Source: Podarcis bocagei
Lineage: Eukaryota
Strand: one strand, 5' to 3'
Length of the DNA stretch: 64,000 nucleotides
Assembly (NCBI GenBank): GCA_964188305.1
Contig: OZ076889.1
Part shown: positions 22,962 to 37,827 of the stretch, in pieces
Numbering within the stretch: position 1 is the stretch's first letter
How the letters are laid out: each line of letters opens with the position of its first letter
Notes under the pieces: model-generated
What the model saw: the letters and a program-made list of their open reading frames with translations, nothing else
What the model was told of the DNA's origin: nothing
The model's database searches: none
Translations under genes and position numbers: made by a program

Positions 22962-25900
22962 CTCTACAAAACCCTAACTGTGGATGTTCTGGTTTACTAT
23001 CTATTATCTAACCATTCAAAACCCAATACTAAGAAATGTGACAAAGTTCGTTTGAACTGTAGGAGACAAATCTATGTAGCAAATCTTTTTCTGGATTGCT
23101 CCAATAATAGAGTGCTACTTGTTCATTTTTCCAATAGAGCAGGAGTGGGAAATGTGTGGTTTCCCCCCTGTTGAGGGTTTGCAGTCACTTGGGAGAGTGG
23201 GTAATCTACTTGGGGGGTGGTTGTCACATGCAAACACTGAACAGAATGGAAGCCATTGGAAGGCATTGACAAAGGTCACACACCATATTTAATGTGGCAT
23301 AAGTCATGGTAATTTGTTAAGGGTGCTGAGAGGCATTAGGATGGGGACACCTCACAGAGGCACAATTCCCAGCACCCTCAATGAACTACAGTTCCCAGGA
23401 TCCTTTGGGGGAAGCCATGACTGTTAAAAATGGTAAAATTGTGCTTTCAATGTATATGGATGTGCCCAAAGCCTGGAAGGAGCCCAAGCCTAATATTGGC
23501 AGGGATAGAGCTTTCACTATTCTCCAGATTCCTCCTTGTCATTCACATGAAATTAGGCCAAGGACCATATGAAATTGTGTCCCAAGGTTGCCCACACAGA
23601 GAAGCTCCTAAGGAAAGGTCTGCTTACCAAGTGGTTCACCAAGCCATGCAGATGTAACATGTTTCAAAGTCACAAACATAGTATTCTTCAAATATAATGC
23701 AAACCATGGTTAGCTTTAAACTGGAGCTTTAAAGCAGGTTTGTAAACCATCATTAAAGCTAACTATGGTTAAGTGTTAACCTCAGTGTAGAAATAATGCT
23801 AACGCCAGTATATACTGGAAAGGGAAAGGGAGAAGGACTTTTAAGTAGGAGAGATGAGGGAAGTGGACTAGTATATGAGCCAAGGGGGCACACCCATTGT
23901 TGAACATAGGAAATATTATCTGTGCCACTGGGCCAATATAGTGCAGCCTTCCTCGTGCTTGAAGGTGCATTTGCAGTGCAGGGTGGGTGGAAAAAAACAG
24001 GAGCTTATTTGAGAAGTAGAAACAAGAATGGATTTTCAGGTAGGTGAAATGCAATTATCCAATTAGAATTCATCAACTTCTATAGTCTTGCAGTGGAAGT
24101 CTCTGGAGCAGAGTGAGCTATTCAGAGCAAACATTTCATTAAACGCATCTTGCCTAGCTCTCCATTAGTGGATTATCAAGAACAAGCTTTGATTCGATGT
24201 GTTCATTATTTGATGTTGTGTGCTTTATGCAAATGTATTTCCATTTGTGCCTTGTTTATTGGCTATTTGCCAGTTCCACCCTTTGCATTTCCCCTCATCT
24301 TCCAGCAAGCATGCAAAATCACCTTCATCTTCTAAAGTTAGGGTGCATCCTAAATCTACAATGGTGTACTAAAGGTTACATGATTTGGGCAACCTTTAGG
24401 CAAGTTAGCATCAATATCCTGTCCCTCCATCCTCCTCCACCTGGAAGTGGGTTCCTGCAGAGTAATAATTGTCCAATGCTACCTCTGTCTGTCTCAAGTA
24501 CTTAGTGAAGTACAAGAATAGTTTGGGGACTGGTGGGTCCTTCAGTAGTTTTGTAGCTTTGGCACATATGCAAAGGTAAACTTGCCAGCCTCTGGCACTC
24601 TTTCTGGTAGCTTGCTTTGAATGTAGGGGCATTACATTGTTTTGACTAGATGTCATTTGGAAATCTCTTGGGATTATCTTAACACTACATCCTTGCTTGT
24701 AGTGCAACTGCTGAAGGTTCCACAAGATCTAACAAATACTGTTGTATAAACCCCTGATTTCATTGAATTGCCTCTCATTTCAGAACACCACCATCCCTCA
24801 GAATGCAACTCCCTTCTTTCTACTCATTATACATTTATCAAACATAATGGAAGACTACTCCAACTCAAAAGTTGCATGTATGCCTATATCTCCCATGGAA
24901 ATATGGCACTTTAAGGTGTTTGACTTTGACTGCATCACATACTATATTTGATAATGTGGGAGACAGCAGAAACAGAAGGGAATAAAGGAAAGTGGGGATT
25001 CCATGACAAGGGACAAATGTGAACAAATGCAGTTTTAGCTACTCAAAGTTCAGTTAAGTTGGGGGTATTGCATGCAGCATTAGCCTAAAGGCAAATCAAT
25101 ATGCAACATGAGCTGCTGGTAGAGGTTCAAGTTATGGTAAGCAATAACCCCTGATAACACTGGTTCTGTTCCCAATGCCTATGCAACACCAGGTGAAACC
25201 TTATTTGTCTTGAATCTAAATATTTGTCAGTGCAGTAACATCCAGTTAGATTTTGATATATTTTTAGGTTACTGAGCGGCTGCTCTTGTACTGTTTCTGA
25301 TTTGTTTTTATACTGTAATCTGTCCTGAAACCCCCAGCAGTAAATAGAGTTCAAGGAAGGTGCAAATCAACTAACACTTTCCCAGAGTTCTCAGTAGACC
25401 AAATGTTTTCTGAATTCATTTGCGTGTTTTTAAAGAGAAATAGCTGTGCCAGATACAGCTCATATCCTTACTTATCTCGATACCCATGCATTCTATTAGT
25501 CTAGGTTCCCACCTCTCTTACACTTTAATTTAGCAAAGGAGGCATCATGCTCCTCCAAGAGGCTCAAAGTGCCTTTTGATGCAAATGAATCGCTATCAAG
25601 GTCCACCATTTGTTACACATTAATAGTTGCCCAAAACTGCAATTGGATCGGGACCTTGGCATATAAAAATAGCTGCTATTGATTTGCTTAAATTCACACT
25701 GACATTTTCAATTGATCAACACTTTGGATTGAGTTAAGCTATAGCCCCTGCTCCAAAAAAGTTTACATAGCCAAGACAAGAGTCAGACCAGGGGTTTCAG
25801 AGGAGGCTACAGGAGGTTCACAGACAGATGAGTGGCCAGAAAATCTGAGGTGGTGTTTTCCCCCATAAAATATAAAAAAACCACATTATATATATTTCAC

Positions 25901-26376
25901 CGGGAACTAGCCTTCAAATTAGCATGAATTTTGAAGTGTTTTGATGTCAGCTTGTGCTACCTATAGGTCTTCTACCTGATTCCCTATTTTTCAGTCCAGG
26001 ACTCTGTAAACTTTATAATCAGCTCCTTTTCATGTTCACTTCATTTATTTCTCAAGGAAATTTATTATAGTAGTACAGAAAATTACAAGAACAGCAACAG
26101 CAGCAACATCTCTCTAATGTGCTATAAAGAGTCCCGAAAGATTACTTGCATGAGCATGCAAAGCATACACTCAATATAAATCCTTGTCTCAGCTGAAACT
26201 AAGCCATAATGACAACGAGTAGAATATGTGTAGCACGGGCAAAGTTAATGAAGACAGAGCCAGAGAACTGGTGTTATGCAGAACTGGGGGGGGGGGTATT
26301 CTTTTTAAGGTGGAACCCTAAAACGGGAAAGAGGGGGCAGTGGGTCTGCTGTGAGGTGTGTGTTACAGTTTGTGGC

Positions 26377-26382
<6 letters not shown>

Positions 26383-26428
<46 letters not shown>

Positions 26429-26447
26429 TGAGAGAGAGAGAGAGAGA
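26383..26447. repeat. (GT)n(GA)n microsatellite
   Basis: Visible in sequence. Confidence 0.95.
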
Positions 26448-26884
26448 TGCATGGCTATGTCCAATGTATAGTAAGAATGAGGAAATATAAGGACCCCTGG
26501 TCTCAGTCACACTTGCATCTAAGCATGCATATGAACTTAACAAACATATGTAATGAGATATTTAGTTCAGAGACAGTGTGCAACAGAGAGGTTACATTTT
26601 ACAATAGTATGTTGGAAAATCAGTACTTGGATAAAAGTCAAAAGCTTAACATCAACAAAACGTAGTTTTATTGCAAAAAAATATATAAATATTTATTACT
26701 ATGCAGTCTTCTGCTGAAGGAAGAAGAATTGGCGAAGCAAACAGCATGTAAATTGGATTGGTAGTATGTTTTTGCCTGGGGCAGAAGGAATGGTGAGAGA
26801 CACCAAATGAATAAGTGGAACCTAATTGGCAAGAGGAAAGAGGAGGGGAACGAGATTATGTGTTACTAGCAAGCAAAATGCAAT

Positions 26885-26932
26885 AACTGGGGTCAATGAT
26901 AGATATGCAACTGGGGTCAATGATAGATATGC
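26885..26932. repeat. Perfect 24-bp tandem duplication
   Basis: AACTGGGGTCAATGATAGATATGC twice. Confidence 0.9.
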
Positions 26933-29900
26933 AAAATGACAGTGAGGCTGATCTCAGAAACAAAGGATAGTGTGGAAGGTCCTTTGGGGTGAAGTCATGG
27001 TCAAGGGAATGGGCCTGCCCAGAGAACCCTACAAACACTAGCTGTATTTACAATAGGCACATGCATGTTGAAGAGGAGTCCTTGCTGTTACACCAACCTA
27101 AGGCAATTTGAAATTTGGCCTTCTGTCATGAATCTAAGTAATTGTCCCTGCTCACAAGGTTGGGTCATTCAGACACAGCTGCCAATTGCATAGGATGCAT
27201 AGTGGTTCCTTGGTGGCTGCGGATATGTCTAAAACATTCCTTACAGAGCTCTGATTCGTCCCAAGAACTATCCCTCCAGCACATTCCCCTGTAGGCCAAG
27301 TTCTCATCTGCTTCTGCAAGGCTCAACTAGATGTTATTATATGCGACTATACCTATGAGGTTTCTGGTGTTAGAAATCTGTATCATGCTTCCAAGAAGAC
27401 CTCCTGTATCAGTGCAGCATAACAATATCTGTGTGCCCTGGCAAAACTGGAGGTCTCTGTGCAAGCTACTGCAATGGGCTACAGTATCTGACAACTCATC
27501 CAGATCTACAGAATTCTGGATTCTGTTTAGGTTAGTTCCTTTGTATATGTTTGCTGCCATTTGATTTAATTTATTAATTAATATTATGCCTCAAGGGCCA
27601 ATAATGTTCATGCAATATCTTATTTTACAGATTTTACTTACTATTTTAATTTGATGTTAAGATTACAAGCCACAGGACACCTAATTCATCACATGCATCC
27701 ACGGACCTCTGCAATATAAAGTTGTTACTGAAATACTGATGTGAAACATTCAAGGCAAATTTGTAACCATAGACAGCATGGATGGAAGATGTTACTGAAG
27801 ATTGACAGTGGGTGTTATCTGCTATCCTGTTGTTAGTCGGGGGCAGGGGATGAAAGTGTCCATTCAATAAGCACAGCTGGTAGGGTCTGGGACCAGGGTT
27901 GCCACCAAATTTACCTACAGCAACATTTTATGGTAAACTTGAAGGTTCCTGCACAGAAGAAATCCCAAGGAATTTTGAAGGAAGCAAAGAGTTTTAGTAA
28001 GTTCTTTTTTAAAAAAATGTCAGGGGTGCTTTACATATTCCCTGTATCCCTATTGCAATGTCCTTTCTTATGGTAGTAGAGATGACCCTTGTGAAGATAG
28101 GATTTATACCAAAGAATCAACACCCTATACCATGTTTTTATCTGTGTTGATTCTACACTACTAGCTGGCAAATATCTTAACAAAGAAGAGCAGACAAATA
28201 ATGACATTGCACATCTGAGGATTTGTTTTTCTGATATGTAGATAGAAACAACTTTGAAAAATGTGGCGCATCACCTGCTTTAACATTTCACCTGGAGGGA
28301 ATCTGTTGCACATTTCAGTGCATTCAGGTGACTATGTAACAGTTTTTGAGTTTTTCATTTGTAATATTACATATTCCTATGTTTCAAACAGAGACTAGGA
28401 AATATGGGGAAGGGGAAAATCAGAGTCAGAATTGCTAAATCTTAAACCTCCCAGGAGGCAGCTTCCAGAGCAGTGACCCCAGTAGAAGCTTCCATGGAAG
28501 TGAAGCCCAATGTGACAGTGAGGCTTCTATCTCTGTTTCTGGATGAGGCACATTTGCTCTTCCTCCTAGTTTCCAAATTACTTTTCTCTAAAGCTGCTGG
28601 CAACCAAGCTTTTCCAAAACGGCTGGAGTGCATGTCTGCATAAGAGGACACAGATGCCTTATCCTCCAAGAAGGCTCCCTTCCAGGAAGTCAAGACTCCT
28701 TTGCCAGATTATATGAAGGAAGGGTGGGAACCTATAGTCCTCCATACATTTTTGGACCATGACTCCACCCCTGGCAAAAGCTGGCTGGGGCTTGTGGGAG
28801 TTGTAATCCAAGACACCTGGAGATCCACAGGTGTTCTATCCCTGGTATAAAGTATCAGTCAACACCAAACACTTCCAGCGCCTCTGAGTCTCATTTCTGG
28901 CCTACGCCTGTAGTTTGGGGAGCTCTCCATGGTCCTGACTCTTATCTGCCTTTATTGCATTTCACCACATCTGACTGGAATATACCCACAGACTCCAGCC
29001 TGGAACAGGAAGAGGATGTGGTTTTATTAACACTGAAGGCAGAGCTATTTGCAAGTTTCACTTGGGGCAAGTGTCTCCCAGTGTTGCACATTCAAACACT
29101 AATTTAGCCACACAGGAAACTTTTATAACATGTCTGACACTTGTTGCAGCACTCTAAGTTGGAAAAATGTGATGATGCCCTGAAGCTGCACTTATGAATT
29201 TACCATCAAATCTTTTAAGTGAAGGCAATCTAGTGGAGTTATTATATGAGGGCGTTATGCCAATTGGAGAACAAAATGTGTCCCAGGGGCTGGTTCAATA
29301 AGTTGACTCTGGCCAGGAGATACATTGGTCTGCTCTAGTAATGCTGTTCTTATGGATCTTAAAAAAACAAAAACAAAAAAACACTTCATTTCCATACAAC
29401 CTCGTATGTTGGCCTTACATCGGTCGGAGTATAATGTGTTGCCATGAATGTAGTAATGGGGCACCATACTAGAAATGCAACTAACAGTTACCTGACTTCA
29501 GTATAGGCAAAGAAGCATAATTTTTCACATCTGTTGCGGTAGATGTCTCAATGGTCCCAGTGAAACATGACCTTTTCTTAGGAGGCTGTCAACTCCCCTA
29601 GATTGTCTCAGCAGAAACAGAAGGGGTTTTTCATGCCCTCTCCCCAAATTAAAAAATACAGTTGTATCCAATGCAGTTGTCCCACTAGCACAATGACTTC
29701 CTCCTGCACATCAGGACTTCCGCTCCCTGTGCGCCTTCCACCCACCCCCAAATCTAGAAGGGAGAGAGAGGGAGCCCATAGTGGGAGTTCTTGAACTAAC
29801 AGGATGACTTTGTTAGAGGCAACCCATAATGTTTGGATGAAGTTTACTGCTGGAGGAGAGGCATTCAGCTTTGCTGAAGGTCCCAAGCATCTCCAGTTAA

Positions 29901-32900
29901 AATAACTTTTGGCTGCAGGGCTAGGAAAAGCCCCCTTTCTGCTTCAGACCTACGGGTCCACTACTACTCAGAACAGCACTGGACTAGATTTTATTTATTG
30001 CATTTAAAAAATATTCTGTCCTGACCTTTAACATAAAAGTTTTCGGACAAATGGCAGCTTCATATGTTCATTATGTGTTTGTTTATCCATATCCTTGCAA
30101 TCCCATCCCCACAGCCAGAGACTCAGGTTTAAGCCAGGAAGCTCCAAGAGGATACTTGCTCAAATTATGGTGAAATATTAGATATACCCACTCATAAGTG
30201 TACAAAGATTACAATTCAAGGAAAAGGCCATCTTGCTTTATCAGCAAAGTCACATGAGAGTTATGGGCACTTCTGTAGCATGCAAACAATAATGAATGTA
30301 TAAAAAGTTAAACAAGAAGCCTGCTTCTTCTCTTCAGAAAGTATAATTTTTAAGCGGTTAATACTTGATGGCTTGGTAATAAATATTTCAATACAAGATA
30401 TGGCAATCAGAAGTAGCTTGGAATGAAAATGCAAAGGGAGCTTAGAACAGAAGGAGACAGAGTTTCTATTAGGTGCATGAAATAAAACAGCTTGAAAGAT
30501 TAAAACAACAATTGCTATGTTGGACTGCAAATCTATTGAAGGGGAAATTATAATGTTTATCGAGAAGAATTATTCATTGCTCATTTGAGCAAAAGCAGGC
30601 ATGGGCAGCTCGTATTGTGAAATGACAGGTGGGCAGAAATTACTGTAAAAGTTTGTCCTCAGTAGGAGTTGTGAAAGTAAGCTTTGTATAAACTGCTTGC
30701 TCATCACTGACTTAGAACAGGTACAAAAAAAAATCCCAACAATCCAGCAATATATAAACCTGGCATTAAGGCCAGATATGAATAGATATGGACTATTTTT
30801 TTAAAAGTCATTAATATTAAATTCCATTGCATTTTTTAAAGCCAAGATCATTAAAAGGAAATGTTGCTAGATATGGGGTATGTCCATGGGTGGAGCCCTC
30901 CAGTTTGTGGCAAGTCTGGTGGCAGAGCAACTTCACCTAAGGTGGACAGCTATTTCCCTGCCCTCCAACAAGTCTACTACCTACTACCAAATACTATATC
31001 ACAATGCTACCCAAATGACAATGGGGCCACAATCGGAAAGCAAACATGGATCCTGGGCTAAAGGATTCTCCCTACTACCACCACCAAATGATGCAAATCA
31101 AATAGGGCAAACCCACCAGGTCACCATGTGGGGTGTTCTATGGCTCACTGGCCCCTATCTGGGCCTTCGGACACAACCTTCCCCCTGGACTCCTTTATTG
31201 GGGTATCCTGTAATTTTGATTGTGGAGAAAGGGTGTGGGACCCACCCCCTTGGCTAAGGATCCGATCCAATGCCTCTTTCCACCAAAACGTTGTGACAGT
31301 TGCTATGAGGAAGGCAAAACCCCAAGACAGGCCCAATTTTGGGGCAAGGGAATTCCTCCCTGGGCCTGAATATGGTGACTCATCAATTCCACAACAAGGT
31401 GATACATGCGTGCTGCCCACTTACCTCTGGGCAGCAGTCTCATGCTGACTGCTGTCTGCTCCCAGCGCAGCTGGTTTAAATGCTGTGGCAGTGGACCAGA
31501 GTGAAGCCTGGGTCCATCGCCAGAGCCCCGCTCACCCAAAAGGCCATGATTGGCCAATTCAAATAAAATTCAGTGGTAAATCTCATTGACCCCTGCGGCC
31601 AGCTAAGGCTGATGATGGAGTCAGTCAGGTGTGCAGATAGGAACCCGCTGTTAACGGTAAGCAGTCCTTACTGATTTTACAGATAGGGCATGCTGAGCTT
31701 AGTAGACAACATATCCCATACTAAAGAAAACAGTAAACATGGGTTGTACGCATGGAAACCAGTGTCATACAGTGTTACTTAGAAGTGAGTCCCATTCAGT
31801 TTAATGACATATACTTCCTCCCAGGTAAGTGGGTATAGGATTGCCTCTGTTAAGGTTATGTCAACAGCAACAAAGAAATACCATTGGCAACAAAAAAGAA
31901 AAATTAAGGCAGCTCTACTACTAGCATTTAGCCGGGAATTAAGTGCTATGAACAGTTTAAGCCTTACATCTCAGTAAATATTGCATGGGATTGGGCTACA
32001 TAAGTGTGAAGCAACAAACAGCATTTTTGAGAGCTACGGACAGATCGTTCCAAATACAAACAGGAACACGCAATCTCTCAAACATGTCCCCAGGCAGACG
32101 ATACATATGCAGAGATACACATATTCCGGACATTGAAGGAGCTTTTGAGCCGAAGCACACACTACATCCTCATTATATATCAGCAGGAGTTTATTCAGCA
32201 GGGTGCTCAGTTAATGAGATGATGCATTGTGGTAAATTTGGAAAAGTAGCCATTTTGGTGTCACAAGGTGAAGTCCTCTTTCAGTGAAAAAGATGCTTAA
32301 CTTAAACTGTTGTTATTGTCTAGGTTTTTTTCTTTCTTTTAAAAAAATCTTATTTCCAAGGCAGTTGTGGAGAGACAGTTTCACTATATGTGGCTCTCCC
32401 CAACCACAATAACTAAGAGTGGGTTTGGAGAATAAGGCAGGAGCTGCTGGATATTATAATGTAAATGGGTCAGTATCTTTGAGCCCAGTCACCCACTTCT
32501 ACTTACCAACGGTAGAAGAGATTTACAAACCTCTTTAACAGGCACCCAATCCTACACATACTCAGTAAGCCACACTGAACTCAGTGGCGCTTACTTTTGA
32601 GTAGACCCATATAGGCTTGTGCTCTTGTGACATGCCTAACATCAACGCAGCTGTGCCAGTTTAATATGTTCTTCTTCATCCAGCTTTCTCACGCAGCAAT
32701 ACAAGGGACACAACTTAGTCTCATTGGCACAAAAACATACCAGAATTGCAGACCCAAGGGGGGAGCATCACCCCAAAATGTACCTTGTCCACATTCACAA
32801 TTTCCAGATACCCATAGCACTTTAAACAAGCTAGCTATTATACATGATATGCTCATGTTAAACTTATCACTATGCAGTATATTTAAACTTTTAAGAAATT

Positions 32901-33518
32901 CAAAATAACTCACTAAATGTTTAGCTGCATGCCTGTAATATAAGGTTTTATGTGACTTTCAGGTTCCTTTCCTCCTGACAGATCCTTGCCGTATTTACCA
33001 ACCTGGTCATTCCCAATATGCTTCTCAAACACATGATAAACTAAGAAGATCCTTCTGGATCAGGCCAATGACCCATCTAACCCCGCATTATGTTCTCACA
33101 GTGCCCAACCAGATGCCTGGGGGAAGCCCACAAACAGGGCCTGAACACAACAGCACTCTCCCCACCCCCCTGTTCCACCCATCTGTCCTCTTCCAGCACT
33201 TCTGCTCCCAGTCTTGCTTTCCTACGCATCTTACTCCTTTTGCCCTTTTTGCCTTGGATAATCTGACCTGCCATTTCCACCAGTGGCAGCTGCAGGCTCT
33301 TCAAAATGCCAAACTGCTGTGCAACAGAAAGGCAGCTGGGGTCATTACTGAAAGAGGCCTCTTCATCACCACTAGAGCCATAAAAACAATTCCCTTTGTA
33401 GATTATAGTGCAGATACTGAGAAGAAGCAGGCTTCTCTGTTTCCTTAGTTTCCTTTGAAAAGTGTTTAAAGTTCTAGCCATCATTTGAGAGCCTTGAGCA
33501 ACTTCACTGTGTTAGAAC

Positions 33519-33643
33519 CAGGGCATTTTCCCCCAGCCAGAATTCAGTTCCGGCACCTCTCAGGTGGGCCATTGCCATTATATCAGAATAAGGGAAGGGT
33601 TCGTGGTGAGTTCTGGTACCTCTTTTTCTAGAAAATAGCACTG
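33519..33643. mobile_element. hAT-like MITE
   Basis: Ends CAGGGCATTTT / AAAATAGCACTG; internal repeated AGTTC(C/T)GG(C/T)ACCTCT; partial TSD GTTAGAAC / ATTAGAGA. Confidence 0.65.
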
Positions 33644-35774
33644 ATTAGAGATATTTAACTTCATTTCTTGCTTCACCTAAGGTAGATTCAAAGTTTAAAT
33701 ACTATGTGTATTCAAAAAGATATGAGCCTAATACTTTACCATAATTGCTAGAAAAGGCAGAAGAGTGCTGTTTAGTTTACATTACTAAAGGTATTTAAAA
33801 GAGAAAATATTGTGAACATTTTGCTTCTTATTTAAAAGTCTTCATTGATAAGAAAATGTATAAATCTTAAATACCATATCATAATTTAAAGAGGTATGAG
33901 TGGGAGGCATTCCAATAGAGAGATTATTTATTTTCACCTTATATTTTACAGTGCTGGCACAGTGACATTGCAATAAATAATCTGCCTTTTTCCATACATA
34001 AAGCAAATAGGGGGTACATGCCTCATAACTAATATAAATCCTGATATTTTCTTTCCACTTGTTAGCTTGGCTCATAAAAGTAATATTATAATTTTACTCT
34101 ACTTTGCAACCTCCACAGATAATTCTTCGGAGTTTGTCAATCCAAGCCTTGCTTCCATCTCCATACAAATCTGAGGGTTTGAAAAGTGACATATTGTTCT
34201 GTGGAGATCACCCCCTAAACTTGCATTCATCCGCAAGTAAAGCAACACAGGATGTATTTCACAAGGCCTTCTGCCTATATCACCATAACCACATTTGGAA
34301 GCCCTGATCCCTATGGAGAAGGCCAAGAATGCAGTCCTTTCCTCCTAGCTGGAAGCAAGGGTTACAGCCAGATATAAAGAGCTTGCACATGTGGCTCTGC
34401 CATATTCTTATTATCCATTCATTTATTCATGAAATGTATTTATTAAATTTATATTCCTCCCTTCAAACCCAGAGTAGTGCATGACAAAATATATATAATA
34501 TGGAGATCACAAAACAACAATTATAAATCGGATATTTATTTATTTATCCCTTCACTTAATTTTTCATTTGTGCCACGTTCTGCTCTTGTAACTGGTGTTC
34601 TACTGCTGTTAGTTAGGTTTCCCCCCAGAAAACATAACATTTAAAATAATTGATAACCTATTCAATTTCAAGCCATAATGTGGAAACATGGCCTCTTTGC
34701 TGCTATTCCGCTCCTGTCAATATATCAAGTAAAATCCCAACTTGTGTGATTTACCATGGGGTGGGGGAGGGAAATCTAAAATGGAATTTGCACAAATTGT
34801 CAAAACAATAAATTGTCATTTTGTTGAAAGCCAAAGCAATATTAAAAATAGGACCAGCTTCTAGTGCTCCCCCCCCCCATGCACAACACTAAAGTGAAGC
34901 AGTAATTAAAGTTTTTAATTGGCATGGATAATCCAGACAGAAATCTAATATCTTTCTCATTGTGAGGAAATTCAAATCCAAAGGATTCTCTTTTAGCTAC
35001 CCAAATGTAGAATAATTCTTTTCAAAGCATTTCCATAAGCATTTTGCTATGCACAGCGGGTATCTCGCACAAAAATTTACATAACAGACTTGACTTACCT
35101 CTTTGGATCCATTCTAATCTACTTATTAAAATGTGTAGGGCAGTATTTTTCTTCCCTGACAAAAAACTGGAGTGTACATATATAGCTCAGCCAGAACAAA
35201 TTTCCCTTTTAAGTCAAGCATACAATTTTCAAATGTGGCATTAGACAAGAGTCTGTACGGAAACCCACCGTATTGCTTAGTAACCCTCTAGTCACATCCC
35301 AATGCAAGGTTTCCATAAAAGAGCTGTGCTCCAGTATTATCTGCACACTTTTTAATAATTTAGAAGATGGGGAATTGTATAGCTATAATCCAGAGTCCAA
35401 CGTATTTTCCAAAGGTCCCTATAAACTCTCATTGCCAACTGTGGTGGTTTATACTGTGTACTGAATGCTTTTTTTCTCTTCTGTGGTAAACAGTGCACCC
35501 AAGTTGCATACACAAGGCAATATTTAATATTCACATACTATGGAGGCAGCTTACTGAGAGCTGATCCTAAAATGAAGGTGGCAGAACAGCCATTTTATGG
35601 ATAGCTGTGAGATAGATTTCACATTTTTCACAAGCCCAAACCCTGCTTATGAGACTAGCTGAAAGAAAACAACTCACTAATTGAATTCTTGGGAAATGAA
35701 TAATTACTGATGAGAACAAAAGCTTTCATCAAAAGTCTATTGTTTTATGTAGTTTTGAATCCATTTCAGAATTT

Positions 35775-35777
<3 letters not shown>

Positions 35778-35813
<36 letters not shown>
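35778..35813. repeat. (CA)n microsatellite
   Basis: Visible in sequence. Confidence 0.95.
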
Positions 35814-35815
<2 letters not shown>

Positions 35816-36019
35816 CAGTCCTTGAGAAATATACATATTGTCATTGCCCTCACTTGCTTTAACTGACTTTAGTTGCCTTCAGTGATCATCATTTGGTCAT
35901 ATATCTTTATAGCATCATAACCTAATTACATCCACTATATCAAGGGTGAAGAACTGGATTTGTCCAGCAGGACAAGTCCGAAAGGTGAACAATGCCTCTC
36001 ACCTGTCAATCACCTCACA

Positions 36020-36340
36020 GTTGGGTATGTGTAACCTGGTAAAGAGAAGACTGAGAGGTGATTTCATAGCCATCTTAAAATATACATGAAGGGCTGTCAC
36101 ATAGAAGATGGAGCAAGCTTCTTTTCTCCTGCTCCAGAGGGACCCAAACCAATGGATTCAAATTGCAGGAAATGAGATTCTAACTAAACATCAGAAGAAC
36201 TTTCTGACAGCAAGAGCTGGCAGCTGGCAGTGGAACAGACTACCTTGGAGAGTGTAGAATCTATTTCCTTGGAGGTTCTTTTTAAAACAGAAGTTGGATG
36301 GCTATCTGTCAGGGATTCTTTAGTTGCAATTCCTGCATTT
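36020..36340 (+). mobile_element. CR1 LINE 3' fragment (end of ORF2)
   Basis: AAGAGAAGACTGAGAGGTGA (KRRLRG), GAAGAACTTTCTGACAG, CAGTGGAACAGACTACC and TCCTTGGAGGTT are typical CR1 3' motifs. Confidence 0.85.
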
Positions 36341-36559
36341 CAGTATCAAGTGGGACCCAGACAATGAGCTAAGTAGTGCTGGCAATAGGCCCTTCCAAGA
36401 CCTGAGGCAAGTGCCCAACCATGTCAGCCTCTGGTGCCAGGGGTAGGAAAGGAGGAGTGTGTTCTTGGGGCAGGGAGTTGGTGGGTGGGGCTTCTGAAGA
36501 GTAGAGGCAGTGGGGTGGGCAGATGGAAACCAGAAGAGAATTTTGATCGAAACCATAAA

Positions 36560-36604
<45 letters not shown>

Positions 36605-36730
36605 ACCCTGCCCATCTGGCTGGGTTTCCCCAGCTACTCTGGGTGGCTCCCAACAGAAATAATAATAATAAAAATAATAAAAATAATAAAAATAATAATA
36701 ATAAAGCAGTAAAACATCAGACATTAAAAG
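36560..36730 (-). mobile_element. Young L2 3'-terminal fragment with (ATT)n tail
   Basis: (ATT)n 36560-36601, then ATACCCTGCCCATCTGGCTGGGTTTCCCCAGCTACTCTGGGTGGCT and an AAT-rich tract. Confidence 0.7.
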
Positions 36731-36949
36731 AATGTAGAGGCATATAAGATTCATTTCTCCCTTTCAAACATACCAAGCACTCCAAGCCACTGCCGTTCCT
36801 ACTAGAAAGACTTCTTCAGTTCTGGTCTGGTTGCATACTCCTGACTCTCTTAAGGCTGCCCAAGGCTCTGTGTTATGACATGTGACTTTCCTCCATCAAA
36901 AAAAATTAGGTTGTCAGTACCTTCGGGGAAGAAGAATCTACATTTTCAT

Positions 36950-37700
36950 GCGGACTGTTACTGCATACTTGGTACAGATTTTCATATATAGATATATGTA
37001 ATGTCCAACCTAAAGCTGAACAGGAAAACATTTGCTCTCCTTCACTGTGGGAGTCTTTTATCGCATTTGAATACTACTATGTTCCCTTCATTTTCTTATC
37101 TCTAAGCCGTATGCGCACAGTTCCTTTGGCCTTTCATTACCAGCCTCATGCTTCTGAACTTCATTATCACATTTACAGCTTTCCCCAGTCTTCAACCGAT
37201 TGTACCCCTCAGGTGACTCCAGCAGCTTTGAGGACTGTATTATGAACTGCCTGGTATCCAAAGACAATCAAAAGGATTTATGGCATGGCTGGAGCTGAGG
37301 ATTCCTTCCCACCCTTAAGAATCTTCTTCCTGAAAGCACTTGATCTAAATCAGACAACTGCACAAGCTTAGTTAACCGCGCCTCCCCTTGCCTAAGAACA
37401 ACTGGAGGGCTCCATCCCCTCTGGGACAACAGTAATTCTAAAATGCCTAATCCTGGATTTATTTTCAATTTTGTCCGTTTTAGAAAGCAATCTCTTGTTA
37501 TCCTCTATCAGGCCTGTCAAAACGACTCTATGATCTGAGATTATTATCTCTGTCTGGAGAGAGTGCCCACTTATTCTTTTGTGCAGTGCTGGATATTGTT
37601 CCTTTACTCTTTTACCTTTTCTGCTATTTCAAAGTCCTTGGTAGCTGCATTTCTCCTGTTGCACACCTCTGGAACCGATTGTATGATTTCATAACATTTT
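36950..37700 (-). mobile_element. L1 LINE ORF1 relic
   Basis: Minus frame 37520 down to 37401 reads LTGLIEDNKRLLSKTDKIENKSRIRHFRITVVPEGME, similar to the L1 ORF1p coiled-coil/RRM junction motif (LEDLENRSRRNNLRIVGIPE); boundaries approximate. Confidence 0.55.
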
Positions 37701-37762
37701 TGAGCATAGGAGATACAGAGTAGTTTTAAGTCTATTTCTCTATACCCCTGGTCTCAAAAGAC

Positions 37763-37827
37763 CCTTCCTTCCTTCCTTCCTTCCTTCCTTCCTTCCTTCC
37801 TTCCTTCCTTCCTTCCTTCCTTCCTTC
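37763..37827. repeat. (CCTT)n microsatellite
   Basis: Visible in sequence. Confidence 0.95.

Noticed and set aside
28442-28705. Coding-looking segment (possible pseudogene or LINE piece)
   Set aside because: No recognisable protein motif in the frames I translated
30861-31560. Cluster of overlapping ORFs in GC-richer sequence
   Set aside because: Probably an unclassified decayed repeat; no domain, termini or TSD I can support
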